From contig JAQGDQ010000444.1 of NCBI GenBank assembly GCA_030141605.1, positions 20,737 to 84,736 on the forward strand: DNA of 64,000 nt. The letters are read 5' to 3'. This DNA is from Tubiluchus corallicola. Lineage: Eukaryota; Animalia; Priapulida. The notes under the pieces are model-generated. The model had not been told where the DNA came from, did no database searches, and was given only the letters and a program-made list of their open reading frames with translations. Positions 26,301-40,011 of this stretch are shown here, one piece after another; position 1 is the stretch's first letter; each line of letters opens with the position of its first letter. The translations under genes and the position numbers were made by a program.

Positions 26301-27007
26301 AATAAAATTAATATGTATATAACAGTATATGTAGAGACTGAAGTGAAGGCCATAAATATCAGTTTTAACAAGCCATCTTTTTAATATGTCATTGTTTATT
26401 GAAGGTTTGCTGCGTCAATAACTTTCCCGCGTTTGGAAAAGAATAAATGCTTTTCATACTCGTTTTAGCACAATAAAAGTTTTCCCTTTGTAACTCGTTG
26501 TGTTTCAATTTTCCCAATAAGATGGAACCAAAATTTTTATTCCAAAAAACTAATTTAGCGGATCTTACCAGAATGTATCACAAAGGGGTAATTTAACTTC
26601 GCCTACATTAACTATCACTGGGATAAACATAGGTTTGTACATTACCTATCACTAAATTATTTACAATGATAAAAGCACATCTATGAACAAAGCCATTTTA
26701 AATTTCGATAAAGTACATACATCTTTCTTTAATGAAAGAAGTAGCCGCTCAGAATACGTTTTCGTTTACAATGCCCAACACTGCTCAGTCACTCAACTTT
26801 AGTCACTGAGCCTACGCCATGAAACTCTGCTGTTCCTCAACTTAAGCATGTATTTTGCTAAGTCTAAAGGCAGTGGTCGATACTTTCTTGTTTCTTTAAT
26901 TTACCGTACAGTTATGTTCATGCACCGGTATAGTAACAGAAAATATCACCTGTCAGTAAGTGTTGTCCGCGTATGAAACGAACAGAAAACTTAATTAATG
27001 TTGGAAA

Positions 27008-28099
27008 ATGTGTACACGTGTCGCTGTTTCAAATTTTGCTAAAAGAATAGCATACTCCTTGAAAATAACTTTAAAGGCGTGCATGATTTCGTCTTGTTCA
27101 ATAATTATTTTAAAATTTGTTAGCGAGTCTGTTAAACTGAACGGAGACATTAAAATTGCGACCAAAATGGATTCCCATATACAAGTGGATCCATACTCTC
27201 TAAATGTGATAGATTTTCACTTGACTTTAACGGTTATCGCTTTCAACAGGAGTGATTCAGTTAATAGACTGTTACAATCTCTTGAAGCAGCTGAGTATAT
27301 GGGCGATTCTGTTTCTTTAGAAATCTGGATAGATGGACCAGAAAAAGAAGCCCAAAAAACTGTAAATGTGGTAAAAGATTTTAATTGGAGCCATGGACAG
27401 AAACGATTACACGTGAGAACCAGACATGTAGGACCTTACGCCCAGTGGTATGACACGTGGACTCCTGATCCTCAAGAAACTGGAGAATATGGTCTTATTC
27501 TAGAAGATGATTGTGAGGTTTCTCCTCATTATTACAAATGGCTCAAGTCAGCAATTTATGTGTATAAAGACTTGAAACATCTAGGTAGCATTACTTTGTA
27601 TCGTGGTAGATTTGCAGTAAAACCAGGAGTAGACAGAGATGTTCTTTGCCCAACATGTACAGACAGCGTATTTCTTTACCCAAAGTTCAGTACGTGGGCT
27701 TGTTCACCAATGCCAAAAGTGTGGGCGGAGTTTAGGCAATGGTACTTGACAGTAAAACACGATGAAAAATTTGTTCCTCTTATTCCTGGTGATAAGAATC
27801 TGGTGATAAATGGATGGATACGTCACTTTCATCCAATGAAGAAAATGAATTCGGCTTACTTTCATCATTACTGTGGCAAGCATCAGCTTTATACTATATA
27901 TCCTAATTTGCCAAATAAACTAAGTTTTGTTTGTAATCACAGAGAACTTGGACTTCATTATGTCAAAGCGTATAGACGTTTGGGAATTTGTATATATGAC
28001 TTGGTAAAAACGTGGAACAATAATTATACAAATTTTCCCAAACATCCAAAACGAATTCATTGGGATGGTTATCCAGAAGGCAGGTTTTTCATTGTTTAA
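27008..28099 (+). CDS. Uncharacterised GT-A-fold glycosyltransferase, copy 1 (363 aa, single coding exon)
   Basis: Hydrophobic N-terminal segment. Motifs VIAFNR..S..RLL.SL, EIWID, F.WSHG.K, HVGPYAQWYDTW and GLILEDDCEVSPHYYKWLK. It aligns along its whole catalytic region with 41330-42352. Confidence 0.82.
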   Translation: MCTRVAVSNFAKRIAYSLKITLKACMISSCSIIILKFVSESVKLNGDIKIATKMDSHIQVDPYSLNVIDFHLTLTVIAFNRSDSVNRLLQSLEAAEYMGDSVSLEIWIDGPEKEAQKTVNVVKDFNWSHGQKRLHVRTRHVGPYAQWYDTWTPDPQETGEYGLILEDDCEVSPHYYKWLKSAIYVYKDLKHLGSITLYRGRFAVKPGVDRDVLCPTCTDSVFLYPKFSTWACSPMPKVWAEFRQWYLTVKHDEKFVPLIPGDKNLVINGWIRHFHPMKKMNSAYFHHYCGKHQLYTIYPNLPNKLSFVCNHRELGLHYVKAYRRLGICIYDLVKTWNNNYTNFPKHPKRIHWDGYPEGRFFIV

Positions 28100-29618
28100 G
28101 TCTTTTGCAATACTGATTGAAAAAGCTAATGACAATGTTGATCCTGCAAAGAAAACAAATGTATCTGTGGACAAGGAAAAGATATTTTAAACACATTTTT
28201 AATAACATTTTAAAATTTACATTTATTAGATGAGGTTTTTCTTATAGTGAATAGTGGATATATCGTTCCTGTAATAGTTACCTGTAGCCCCCTGGAAAGT
28301 ATACTGTTCTGTAATTTATTTGCTTACCTATAATATTAATTGTAACCACCTATATTCTGATGCATGCACTAAAGGCTGAAGGTAAAAGACACAGAAAAGC
28401 TCAGATCGATTATGTAAAAATTATCATTAAGGTACCTGTATAGGCTGACAGTAAACAGTCCTGAATTTTTTGCCATAGTAAGGTTTATCCCTCTGCCTTT
28501 TGATTACCTAATTATTGTTTTTTCCACTTGTTGTTCTCTTGTTGACAAAAATTAGGTATCGTTGCCCTGTCTAAAGCGAGTGTTCTTCCAATTGCAACGA
28601 TAACCCTAAATCTAGATATTGTTGCCCAATTTTGTCATAACCAATGAATTTGTTGTCCTCTTGTTGTCATAAACCTTGTTGTAGTGGAAAAAAATTTGAG
28701 AGACTGTGAGGAAAAAGCGGCGAATTTGTAGGCATTAATAGATGGCATATACTATATAAATTATTTTATAACTACGGATGCAACTTGTATGTTGGCATCT
28801 TTTATGGAAGAGAGTTCCACAGTTCACTGCATGTATGCTGTAACGTGATGATTCTAGCTTGGCTGTAGTGAAGTCTTGTAGCACATCTGTTGCAGAATCT
28901 TGCCGAAATAGTTGGTGTACAATTCGGGAGGAGTCTTGTTATTAAAATTATGCATTAGATTGAAACATTTGAATATTTGCTCAAAACTGTGAAATTTTTA
29001 CTTTTAACCTTTACTTATCGCTCTTTAAACAATTTACAAAGAAAATATAAAAAGCAGCTACTTGATACTTACAGTTAACGACTAACAAAATGAATGAAAT
29101 TCGTTTTTGTAATCTAAGTTCTCACAAAACCTTATGCTTTTAAACTGTTAAATGAATTCTCTATCTTTTACCCGCACTCGTTTACTGTACATTAATAATA
29201 ATTATAGTCATAAATTAGAATAACTGTGATAAAATTAAGAGCTAAAAATACTGTTAAAATTTTATGTTGTTAATGGAGACAGGAGTAGTAGGGAATGTCT
29301 CTTTTCAGTCGATTCAATTGCCCGTTAATTGGGCAATTAAGTCCCCCATGCCGTTAAATACAGTGAACCGGGGTGGAGGTATTTCCTGTGTTTTTTGGCT
29401 AATTGAGGGTAATTTGCGAATTATAGTGGAGTATTATAAATAGGGATTATATAAATAGTATTAATTATAAATTAATCTTATTTTAAAATAAATTCATAAC
29501 AGATTGTCAAAGAAATTTTGTCTGATTTTTAGATTAACAATTTCTTTGCCAATTTTAAGAGACACCGAAGAAAGAAGTCTTTGTTGTCAGTTTTGCGAGA
29601 AATAGCATCTTTTATAAC

Positions 29619-29890
29619 GGTGAGCATAATTTTTTATGCTTTATTGATGGGAATCGAAGACTGTACACTGTGAAATTACATCTAACATAGCGGGTGAGTA
29701 TAATTTTTTATGTTTTAATGGTGCGATTGGAAGTCTGTACACTGTGAAATTACATCTAACATAGCGGGTGAGCATAATTTTTTATGCTTTATTGATGGGA
29801 ATCGAAGACTGTACACTGTGAAATTACATCTAACATAGCGGGTGAGTATAATTTTTTATGTTTTAATGGTGCGATTGGAAGTCTGTACTC
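29619..29890. repeat. Tandem repeat with a unit of about 74 bp, about 4 copies in A/B/A/B alternation
   Basis: GGTGAG(C/T)ATAATTTTTTATG...CTGTACACTGTGAAATTACATCTAACATAGCG is repeated. Degenerate related units continue to about 30290. Confidence 0.85.
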
Positions 29891-30855
29891 TGTTTGGTTA
29901 ATATGGGCTATTCTCTTTCTCTTTGTTTCTCAAAGAAAAAAAAACAGAAAGAGGTTTGGTGGAGTTTGCGAGAAATTATATAGCCAATGAGTATTAATGA
30001 TGCAAATCTAAAAAAAAGTCTGTACACTGACTGGTTAATATATAAATTTTATGATTGTAAATTGACTATTCTATCTCTTAGTTTGTCAAAGAAACCAAAC
30101 ACCAACGACAGGGACTAGGATTTTGTAGAGCTTGCGAGAAAATAGGTCTTATATAACGTGGTTAGTAGAAATTTTTATTCTTTATAAACTCTGTACAGTG
30201 ATTGGTTAATATATTTTCCGATTGTAAATTGGGAGCAAAAAAAACAAACAAATTTTTTCCTTTAAAAAGACTGTACACTGAATGGTTAATATATATATAT
30301 ATATATAACAATTCTCGCCAATGGCAACATCCAAATTGCTGACCTGTGCAACGAGGGCCTAGTGGATAATCCCCTTGATGATATTGTTGTTGTCGTCGTT
30401 GTCGTCAGACTCTTTGTTGACGCCACGCGTGGACGAGGACCCATCATTACCGCTCTTTAAAAAAAGAGAAGCGGACAATATATATAAAAGCGTATTAAAT
30501 TAATAATAATTAGCACGCATATATCAAATAATCGTATTTGGCAATTATAGCCGAATCAAATGATTTAGCTGATAGGAGGTGAGATGTGATGAGCAACGAT
30601 GACGTCTTTCTCATTTAGTGGGAGAAGAACACTTTCACACCTTTCATTTAGGGTAAGAAAAATTTTCCCACGCAAACTCTTTTATCAAAAAAGTAGGTTT
30701 CTCATGAATGTGGTGGTGACGAGAAAATGGGTGACGTGTACCAACACGACTTTCTGACGCAAAATGATTGCGCGCAAATATCTTTCTCACTGGCTAACAC
30801 GCTCACTCGTTTGCTCGCATGCACAGTCACTCCGACAGCGTTTGAATCAGCAAAA

Positions 30856-32000
30856 ATGTCATCAAACACGGACAACGTATTTCAAACTGAAAACTTGGTG
30901 GTAAAAATACGACTCGAGGAGGAAAATGATTGCAAGGTAGGTACAAACGACATTTTAAATTCATGTGGTACTTGGGTAAAATATGTATGCGTCACTAATC
31001 GCGATATCGATATTATTATTATTATTATTATTATTCACATCATCATCATTATTATTATTAATAATATTAATGTCCTTCCTATTTTTTTTATTTACAGATA
31101 TGCCTTTCAAGAAAGGAGGGGACGGAATTCGTCATGAACCTCTATGAATACGCAGAACTCATGGATGCCCAAAAATGCCTTCTATCACACATTAATGGTG
31201 GGCTAGATGGAAGCACAGATGGGCATCATTGTGAGGAAATCAACTTTCGCGTGTCCTCGACATTCGTGGTGCCTGTTAACTGCTTCTGCAGGGGCGTACA
31301 CATGAAATTCCTCTTGCAGAAACGAGAAAACCCTTTTCAATCCGACGCAGAAATTTCCTTCTTCGAGATGCAATACTGGGTGCGGGAGATACTCGATGAC
31401 ATGCACAACTATCCTGCTCCTCGTGTGACAGAGAGCAGTTCACCGTCATCCATCCATTTGGGCCGCGGAAACTACCTCTCCTGGAAGAAACTCGGCGCGC
31501 CGTGGTAACTGAGAATCGGCGGTTTCTCGATTTCCAAACTCCCAGAGGTGAGATTGACGCCGTGGGACTATCGGAACCTCATCCACAAAGTTCGAACCAT
31601 ACGTCGCGCTGTGGAGGAAGAAGTTAACAAACAGTCATCACATTCAACTTCATCTTCGGTGAGGAAGATAAAGAAGTGAGGCCAGAGAACATGAGTTATC
31701 GCATGGGGATATAAACAATTTAATCTTTCCATGCGCCGCAAAATCAGTTTGTGGAACAAATACATCTTCATAGGCGCATACGCACCGGGTGCCAATCACT
31801 TCACCGACAAACAGTACTCCGTACAAGACATGGGCCAATGGAATAGGCTAACTAGTCAAGAAACCCAAAACGAAGTGGCACATTTCTTTTTTCACACGAA
31901 CAAAATGAGGGAAGCAAGAGTGAAGACTGGTCTTAATATTCTGAATGTCACTATTTCTTCTTTTACTTTTCAGCTTAATGTAATTACCAATTTTATGTAA
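30856..32000 (+). pseudogene. Spliced pseudogene with possible PC4-like (ssDNA-binding) repeats, probably of transposon or viral origin
   Basis: Exon 30856-30936 (AAG|GTAGGT) splices to 31098 (TTTACAG|) in frame with ORF 31134-31508. The same frame continues through three stops (TAA, TGA, TGA) into ORF 31731-32000. GC content is visibly higher than the flanks. Confidence 0.5.
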
Positions 32001-35000
32001 ATGACATTAAGGCATCATTAAACGCCACATGTAGAAGCTGCAACGTATACTTTTTGTACATGCAGTATAGCACGCATAAGTATTGTACGCCATTAGAATA
32101 ATTAGAATTAATAAAACGTGATGTAGTTGTGATAACTTGTTTAGAAGGAAATTGTGACTGCGAAGAATTTATTGTAAAAATTTATTTAATGTAAAGTCTT
32201 ATTTATCAAATTGTTTTGTGCGCCCCACAAATAGAGGGCTTATTGTACCATTTTTCAATAAAGATTTTACAAATTTTAACAGATATCTCACTCGTTTTTC
32301 GAATACACTACGTTTATTTGCGTTATTGTTATATATATATATATATATATATATAACAAATTTTTTTTTTCGTCTGCGCGCTAAACACGTAATAGAAAGC
32401 TCGAAACAAAACATTCATTTTCTACAAATTAACTAGAACAGAAAACAGTCTCATCTTCAGGTGTACTAGAATAAATTTTCACAAGGAAATCTAATTGCAT
32501 CTCGGAGAACATGTGCTTACGCCTTCCCGCCAAAATCTTTCTCAACACAAACCTAATATTATTTCCCATCGATACGACTACTTTTGCTAGCACATTAAAT
32601 GCATACGATGGGAGGAGCCGGAAATTAATTCTACCTTTTCAATTAAGTTTTACCTCCCGTTTTAAACGGAAGCCGAGTGAACTGGCGACCCGCCCACTTC
32701 CGACAAAATCTATTAGACTTATTGCGCATGACGACGCGCGTGGTAAGATTATGCAAGCGGTAGCCTGTGTGTTGGTAAACATTTACTGAATGAAAGTCAC
32801 GTGATATTAGCGGAATGTGCGACACGCGCTGGCTTCTAGGGATACCCATAGAACTTAATCACATTTTACAAGTAACATTATTTTAACTGACGCTTGTTTA
32901 TTCAGTACAAACAACCTTGATTAATTTTTCAATTAATCGAATGTATTATTCACACCACTGATTGCTTAAAGACAATTGATTTAGGCATTCGTTCAATTGC
33001 CCGACTCCGAGAGCTTAGGTCATGTTGATAGGGCTATGATAATGTCCCACGAAACTGAAACCACAAAATATTGCGTTGTGAGTATAGATCTTTGTCTCTC
33101 GAGTTATCAAGCTGACTCCCGCAATGAGCCTAACAGTGAGAATTTTTCAAGTTCGATCAAGGGTTTAGTGTCTTGACGATTGTGTGCCTTAAATAACTCC
33201 TTGAACATTAAACAACTCGATATTTACGTTAAATTGAAGAATGGTTTATTGTAATTAAATTTTCAATGCGGATCAAAGTTTTAAGATAAGTACAAAGCTT
33301 TCTGATGGGCGCTTACAATTAACGCTCTAATCCAAAGAGATAATTCTAATCATAAAATACTTCACAAGTTGTAATGTCTGCACTTATGGTGCTAAAGTTA
33401 CTCTGTTATTACAATCCAAATAAACTGTTACAGCATCAGAGAATAAAGTAAAACTACTTAACTTGAGGACTGGCCAACCTAACAATCGTTATTGGCCAGA
33501 TCCTGATTCCTGAACGAGACATCTCAGCATCAGAGATTTGTCGAAGCAAATGACGCAGTAGTATTACTACGCTGAGCTAAAGAATACGTCTTGTAAAAGA
33601 TCGTCTCGTCGAAGTAAACAGCAACACCTCTCTCTCTGACTCTGTGCGCGTGTGTGAGTGTGTGAACTCTGAACTTTCACTCTGCTTATGAAGCGAAAGT
33701 CATTAAGCCAAGTATTGCACCGAGGTCACCCAGTATTGCACCATTTGACCTCCCGTGGCTGACTTCCGTGACTCTCCAGGTAATTTAAATTACCAGAGGT
33801 CGCAACCCTATCACCTAGGACATTGAATTATTGCTTGATAGGTTAATTTAACAATCAGTAAATGACTTGTACTGTCCCTAACAATGTAACTTCCTGACTT
33901 GTCCATCTGCAAATTGCTAGCGTAGAGCGCATTTTATATACGCTAATTGGCTCCTTAACTCTTTAAGTTGTCGGTGTGTCTTTTAATCTTCTACTTTCCC
34001 GTTCACCAACCTCTGACACCTGAACTCATTAAATTCAAGGTACAAGCTGAGTGAGTCAGTTATAATCAAATTGCACGGTCTTCGTTATCAGACCAAGGAG
34101 GAGTATATTATCTCCGAAATCTAATCATTTAATTATTCCTATTAATTTCCAATTAATTTTTTATTTTAAATTTGATTCACAACATAACTTCTTAAACCTC
34201 TTAGTGAAAACTTTCGTTTCCATAGGTTAGGGATAGACCTTGCTAACACAAAATTAACCCAACATGCATAAACCATCATCAATTTCACAATGCGATAGAA
34301 CAACCGCGCATGCGCAAACCTCATTTTGCAATAAGTTGGGGATAGAGTTAGGGTTAGAACAAGCACACACATGCACAATAATAAACCTACACCTCTTATA
34401 CCACAATTATCACCTGCAAAAGAAATACGGACGGTGTGGCCTAGGAGGTAAGGATGAGGCCTCGCATGCAATCGAACCCTAGAGTTCGAATCGTACTTAT
34501 GGAAAACTTTAATTTAGTTAGGGTTAGAGATTAGGGTTAGCAACTAGGGTTATCAACTAGGGATGTTCGTCAATTGGACCCTCGAGGGGGCCCGACAGAA
34601 ATGATGACTAGAGTTAGTGTTAAACATTATTTGAACCATCCCTAAATAACACAGTGTTGCATAATCTGCCCTACTTAGCTACTTATGTCTTTTCAGCAGG
34701 AAAGTGAAATGCTAATTAATATAGATTTGCACGTAAAGTTTTTTGGGACATAATTTAACATTGTCTGTTCCCCCGATTTAAAGGCGTAGTGACGTGGTGA
34801 TATGGTGCTGATATAATGGTGCTGATTGACAGTATTTCGGGAGATTTAAAGTAAAAACAGTGGGATATGTGCATAAAATTGCTGTATAAGACGATATTTA
34901 TGAAACCTACTTCAAGTATCCTTTTTCTTGTCCTATAAAATACGATTGCAGTGCTTCTGGCATGTGTGTAAACCTATCTCTACCACACTTTAGCTTTTGC

Positions 35001-35389
35001 TTTTTTTTTGTGAATGGGGACGAATTATTACATAATTAGAGTCTAAAATTGATTTAGCTTTTAATTTTTTAACCCTGTGTATATTTTTTACTGTGGTAAC
35101 ATTTATTTCGTTGCATTCTATTTCATTTTAGTACTGTATTTGTATTTTATATGATCTTAATTACCAAAATAAAAAATTGAGTTGATAGAAAATTCTAGTT
35201 GATAGTTTCTTTAAGTTTTCTGATTAGATAAAATGTCAAATTGCAAACCACGTGATCATTACACAAATTAACGAATTAATTATAAATCTTGTGAGGAATT
35301 TAAGGTGACAACACATTATAGATAAAGAAAGATTTTTCATCAGTTTTCTGTGAAATTTTAAATTTTATAACACAGGTGCCTTATTTTGC

Positions 35390-35770
35390 TAAGCCCTAAA
35401 TTGCAGATCACTTCAGGGTCTCCGTGCACATCTTAGTGGATTTGTAAAGTCTTGTAAAGTATTCGATGTGAGATGCAGTTCATCTTTATAATCTTTTCGG
35501 CAAATTCCACAAAAGCCCTAAATTGCAAACCACTTGAGACACGCTCCCTGCACGCAAAAGAGAAGCTTAATGGTTTTCAAAATCTTGTGAAGTATTTGAG
35601 TTGCACACAAAGAAGGATTTTAATCTTGTCTGGAATTTAGTGATTTAAAAAGCGCCGAAAATAATAATCCCCTCTTTTGAAATTGATAATCTCTTCAGCA
35701 AATTCCACAAAAGCCCTAAATTGCAGACAACTTGAGACGTGCTCTCTTCACACAAAAGAGAAGATTAATT
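35390..35770. repeat. Degenerate local tandem repeat (3 units)
   Basis: AAGCCCTAAATTGCA recurs at about 35390, 35513 and 35711, with shared flanks (CAAATTCCACAA..., CTTGAGAC...). Confidence 0.6.
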
Positions 35771-36229
35771 GTAAAACTTTTGAAATGTTAACCAGAGTGG
35801 CAGGTTACACCCTGCTGACAAAGGAACATTTTAATCCCTGATAATTCTCTCTGGAATTTAATAACGATTGATAAGCTGACAACAATAATCTCTCTCTTTG
35901 AAGTGGTTCTGCAAAGTTATATAACAGTCTTAGCAGCGTGAGAACTACATGGGCAATGACCAACCTTGAAATGGTCTGATTTTGATAAAATATATCAATA
36001 ATGAGGTAATGAGGTCTCAAAACAAGAAACGCATAACAGCTTTGCAACATTTGGGTATATGAAAAAAAAATTGGCACAAGTGTTGACTCTTGTTGCTTGC
36101 CACTGTTGTTTTGTGAAGTTTATCTTTTTAACAATAACTGTGTCATTGTTATTTTGTCCTCGTCATTGCTGATCCACGTTTGACTGTCACTCCAGTTAAT
36201 GTTTCTGTTGTTGTTGTTGCTGATCTGGC

Positions 36230-36325
36230 GATAATGACGATGATGACGATGACGACGATGACGATGACAATGACGTTGGTGATGATGATGATGATGATGA
36301 CGACGATGATGATGATGATGACAAT
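36230..36325. repeat. (GAT/GAC)n trinucleotide microsatellite
   Basis: Read directly from the sequence. Confidence 0.9.
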
Positions 36326-36769
36326 GAGGATTTCACTCTGCTTTTCTTGTTGTTTATATATAATAAATATCATCATTATATATATAATGCTAATAATTTT
36401 TGCTAGAAAAAAATCCACTTTCATTCTCTTGAGACAAGTGAATGTTGAGAGGAGGCAAGAGAGCAGCTTAATTTCTTCCCACGGAATCTTAAGCACTTTA
36501 ATATAATCCCTGAAAAGGATGGTCTATCAGCGTTATTTGCTTTAAAATCTTGGTGAAATGGGGATTGTCAGTCTTAAGATGTTTTGCAAACATCTATAAT
36601 CCCTTAGCTTCTTACAAATTTCACACAAACTTCTTTGTTATCAACCTTGAATTATCAACCTCCAACTGAACTGGTTCCCACATTTATCTGGAAAAACGGC
36701 CAACAAAAAATGCAGTTGCGCAAAGTCCCTAATCGTATGTCCACATAAATCATGGGAATATTTTTGTTC

Positions 36770-37535
36770 AAGTAAATATGTGCAGTTGCATAGAAAATAA
36801 GTAAATATGAGTAAATATGTGTGGTTGTATAGAAAATAAGAAAATATGTGCGGTTGCATAGATAATAAGTAAATATGTGCGGTTGCATAGATAATAAGTA
36901 AATATGTGCAGTTGCATAGAAAATAAGTAAATATGTGCAGTTGCATAGATAATAAGTAAATATGTGCAGTTGCATAGAAAATGAGTAAATATGTGCAGTT
37001 GTATAGAAAATAAGAAAATATGTGCGGTTGCATAGAAAATAAGAAAATATGTGCGGTTGCATAGATAATAAGTAAATATGTGCGGTTGCATAGAAAATAA
37101 GTAAATATGTGTGGTTGCATAGAAAATAAGTAAATATGTGCAGTTGCATAGAAAATAAGTAAATATGTGCGGTTGCACAAATAATAAGTAAATATGTGCG
37201 GTTGAATAGAAAATGAGTAAATATGTGCAGTTGTATAGAAATATGCGGTTGCATAGGTAATAAGTAGATATGTGCAGTTGTATAGAAATGAGTAAATATG
37301 TGCAGATGCATAGAAAATAAGAAAATATGTGCAGTTGCATAAAAAATAAGTAAATATGTGCGGTTGCATAGATAATAAGTAAATATGTGCGGTTGCATAG
37401 ATAATAAGAAAAGAAGTGAGGTTGCATTGATAATCAGCAAGTGTGGTGTCAGTAAACAGTGCTGTTGTCAGTAAATAAGTGCAGTTGTCAGCAAATAAAT
37501 GAGGTTGTCAGTAAATAAGTGCGGTTGTCAGATAA
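36770..37535. repeat. 29-bp minisatellite (more than 20 copies) grading into a related unit of about 20 bp
   Basis: Unit AAATATGTGC(A/G)GTTGCATAGA(A/T)AATAAGT runs to about 37430, followed by GTCAGTAAATAAGTGC(A/G)GTT units. This accounts for the three overlapping repetitive ORFs. Confidence 0.95.
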
Positions 37536-38080
37536 TAAGGCTGGCGTAGCTCCATCCAATGCTGAAAGATGTGGCGGAACGGCAATTCATTAAAATGTAT
37601 TAAACACACCAGCAATTGCAAAGATCGCCCCAACTTCTTTTCCATGGAAACAATTACGCCCCCAGTATGACCGTCTTTACAATTGTGCTGGTCCAATCTC
37701 TGCAGCCTTGAAATACTGTAAAATTGCTTCACAGACATTAAGAGACCCACTGACAGGAGCTAGTGATGTGAAAAGTGCGTATTTTTTGATCGAGACAGAA
37801 GAGAGATATTCTACTCAGTAATTTTTCAGTGTAAAATGTGTCACTTTTTTAGCTTGAATTTGGGTTTTGTCCTTTCGTCTATCAAAACACAGTGCAATTA
37901 ATGATTCACTGGTAACTTGACGTTGCAGACTTGTTCTCAGTTTGGATCTTTCTCTACAGATTTTGTGTCTGTCTATAACACGCCTTGCATCATATTTTTG
38001 GATAATTCCAACATCTTTTAATGTGGCAGCTGCTATAGCAGCAGCTGCAGCAGCAGCACTCAACCGGAAATGCCAAATCC
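37536..38080 (-). mobile_element. DDE DNA transposase remnant (hAT-like, CxxH)
   Basis: LKDVGII..VIDRHKICRERSKLR..LCFDRRKDKT and GGVIVSMEKKLGRSLQLLVCLIHFNELPFRH are motifs I recognise from a common invertebrate transposase family. The sequence is frameshifted. Confidence 0.7.
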
Positions 38081-39829
38081 ATCTGCTTGTAATGCAACTG
38101 ATCATTGGTTAATAGCCAGAAAATATTATGATAGTTTAACAATTTAGCTTACAGACTACATATATTGATTGATACGAAACTTCAGCAAAAACATTAATAT
38201 AAAATTCAGCAAAAACAAACAAACCATTATATTAGTAGTAACAGAACAGTCAATTTTAAGTAGCTGCCATTTTGTTACTGAATTCCACAAACGACAATGC
38301 ACTGTAGGTGCTGTACAAGCTCATGGGCATATCAACAGTAAAGACTGCACATACTCAGCTTTTTGTTTAACTTGTACCCATTGTCTTTTATGTGCAATGC
38401 CTCCAGTATTGATCATGTTCTTCCATTGGGGTTTCGTAATTGTTTACTTCAAATACTTGGCACCTATTAGTAATAGAAGTTGCTGATTTCTCTGGATAAT
38501 TATTTTTTTTGAAAATTTAACAAATTTGTAAGCTGATCTCGTGAATCTGAAACTGCTTCTATATAAATAAATTATCATTAAACTAACGACGGAAATATAA
38601 ATGCTAATGCTTTATAAGACTTCTTTGTAAACATAGGCCCCACATTATCAATTAATATTGAACCTACAAATACTGACGCGAATTTTCTTCTTAAAGGAAA
38701 TCACCCACATAACTGTGATTACAGCGGCAGGAACGATTTCGGGCAGTCCTGATATGTTGTGATGTGTTATCAGAATTGACAGCCAAATGGATACTTGGAA
38801 CAGTTTGCTTAATATGTTTATTGTGTTACTACTGTTCACGTAGAAGGTTGGAATGAATAAAACCGCAAAATTTACCTGAGTCAATGAGGAAGCTGGGCCA
38901 TTTTCGATGTTACTTCACCTACCTCATCTACTGGACAGTGAAGACTTCGTTTCCAGTGACGTCATCAGTGACTTATGTGGCATGCCAAGATGTTAATGGT
39001 CAGTGAACCATCTTAGTGTGGTCAGGATTTTTTGGTACACCTTACGGTGAAAGGGTAATTAGTGAGTTCCTAATGTACTAGATCTTGATTTAATCTTTAT
39101 CTTTAGTTTGACTTTGCATCACATTTGTTTTTCCATGTTTGGTAAGCAACACGATGTCTATGAAATTTTGCATTTTTTGAAAGTTTGTTGTTATAACAAC
39201 ATCGCTTATGTGATTAGGTATAGTTTTGTTGTCTGAGAGAATATCTTTGATAAGTATTTTTAATTTTAAGCCAAATTTTAATATTATTTTTTTAATTTCA
39301 AATTTTAATTTTAAAAGTCTTTCTGTGAAAGTTTAAAAACTATTTAAGAGTACTAGTTTGGGAATTGTTGAAGTAAATCTGGTTTAAAATAAAGAACAGA
39401 AAACCAACAAATAAACTCGGCGTCACACATGAGCTTTATTTCATTTCATTCTGAAACACTAAATGTTTTCCATCATACTATGCACTTCAAAATTTTCAGT
39501 TTATTTTCATCACTTTTTTACTTCACAGTTTGGGACAATCTAGCAAGCCCTGTTTTTTTTTTGGCCGCAACTCATTTACATTTATATGTAGGCAAACATA
39601 GTGTGAGGCTTTTCTTGTACGGAAACAGTAAAAATAATTTGTATTAATTGTAGGTCACTTCACAATATTTTGTACATAAAATCATCGTAAGTGTGTCATA
39701 AATGACTTATGACTAATGACCTATGAGGTAGCTGTGTCATTCTGCAATGTTCTGATTTGGGATCTGATTTGGATTTATTGTGCACTGGCACATAATTTAA
39801 AGTGCGTATGCTCAAGAAATGACTTGGAC

Positions 39830-40011
39830 TTAATGTCTGACCCAATGTATGTAATAGGACAGTTGTTGACTAAACTTTCAATTTCAACGAGCAAAGTACT
39901 CAACTGACACTGATAAAGAGCCCTACTACCAATTGTTTTGCGTAAAAATCGTTTAATAAGGCTCATTAAACGCTCGTAAACCAAGCCGAAAGCTGAATGA
40001 TAAAATGCCAA
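39830..40011 (-). mobile_element. BEL/Pao integrase fragment
   Basis: GLVYERLMSLIKRFLRKTIG..L...QLSTLLVEIESLVNNCPITY matches the BEL/Pao integrase core pattern (WERLV..VK..L....L.T.L.EIE...N.RPLT). Confidence 0.75.

Noticed and set aside
34340-34565. TTAGGG-like telomeric motifs
   Set aside because: There are only a few degenerate units, as often seen inside dispersed repeats. This is no evidence of a telomere or chromosome fusion site.
36641-37440. Three long overlapping ORFs, and a superficially CRISPR-like periodicity
   Set aside because: These are head-to-tail 29-bp units with no unique spacers and no cas genes in a eukaryotic context. The ORFs are by-products of a stop-free repeat strand.
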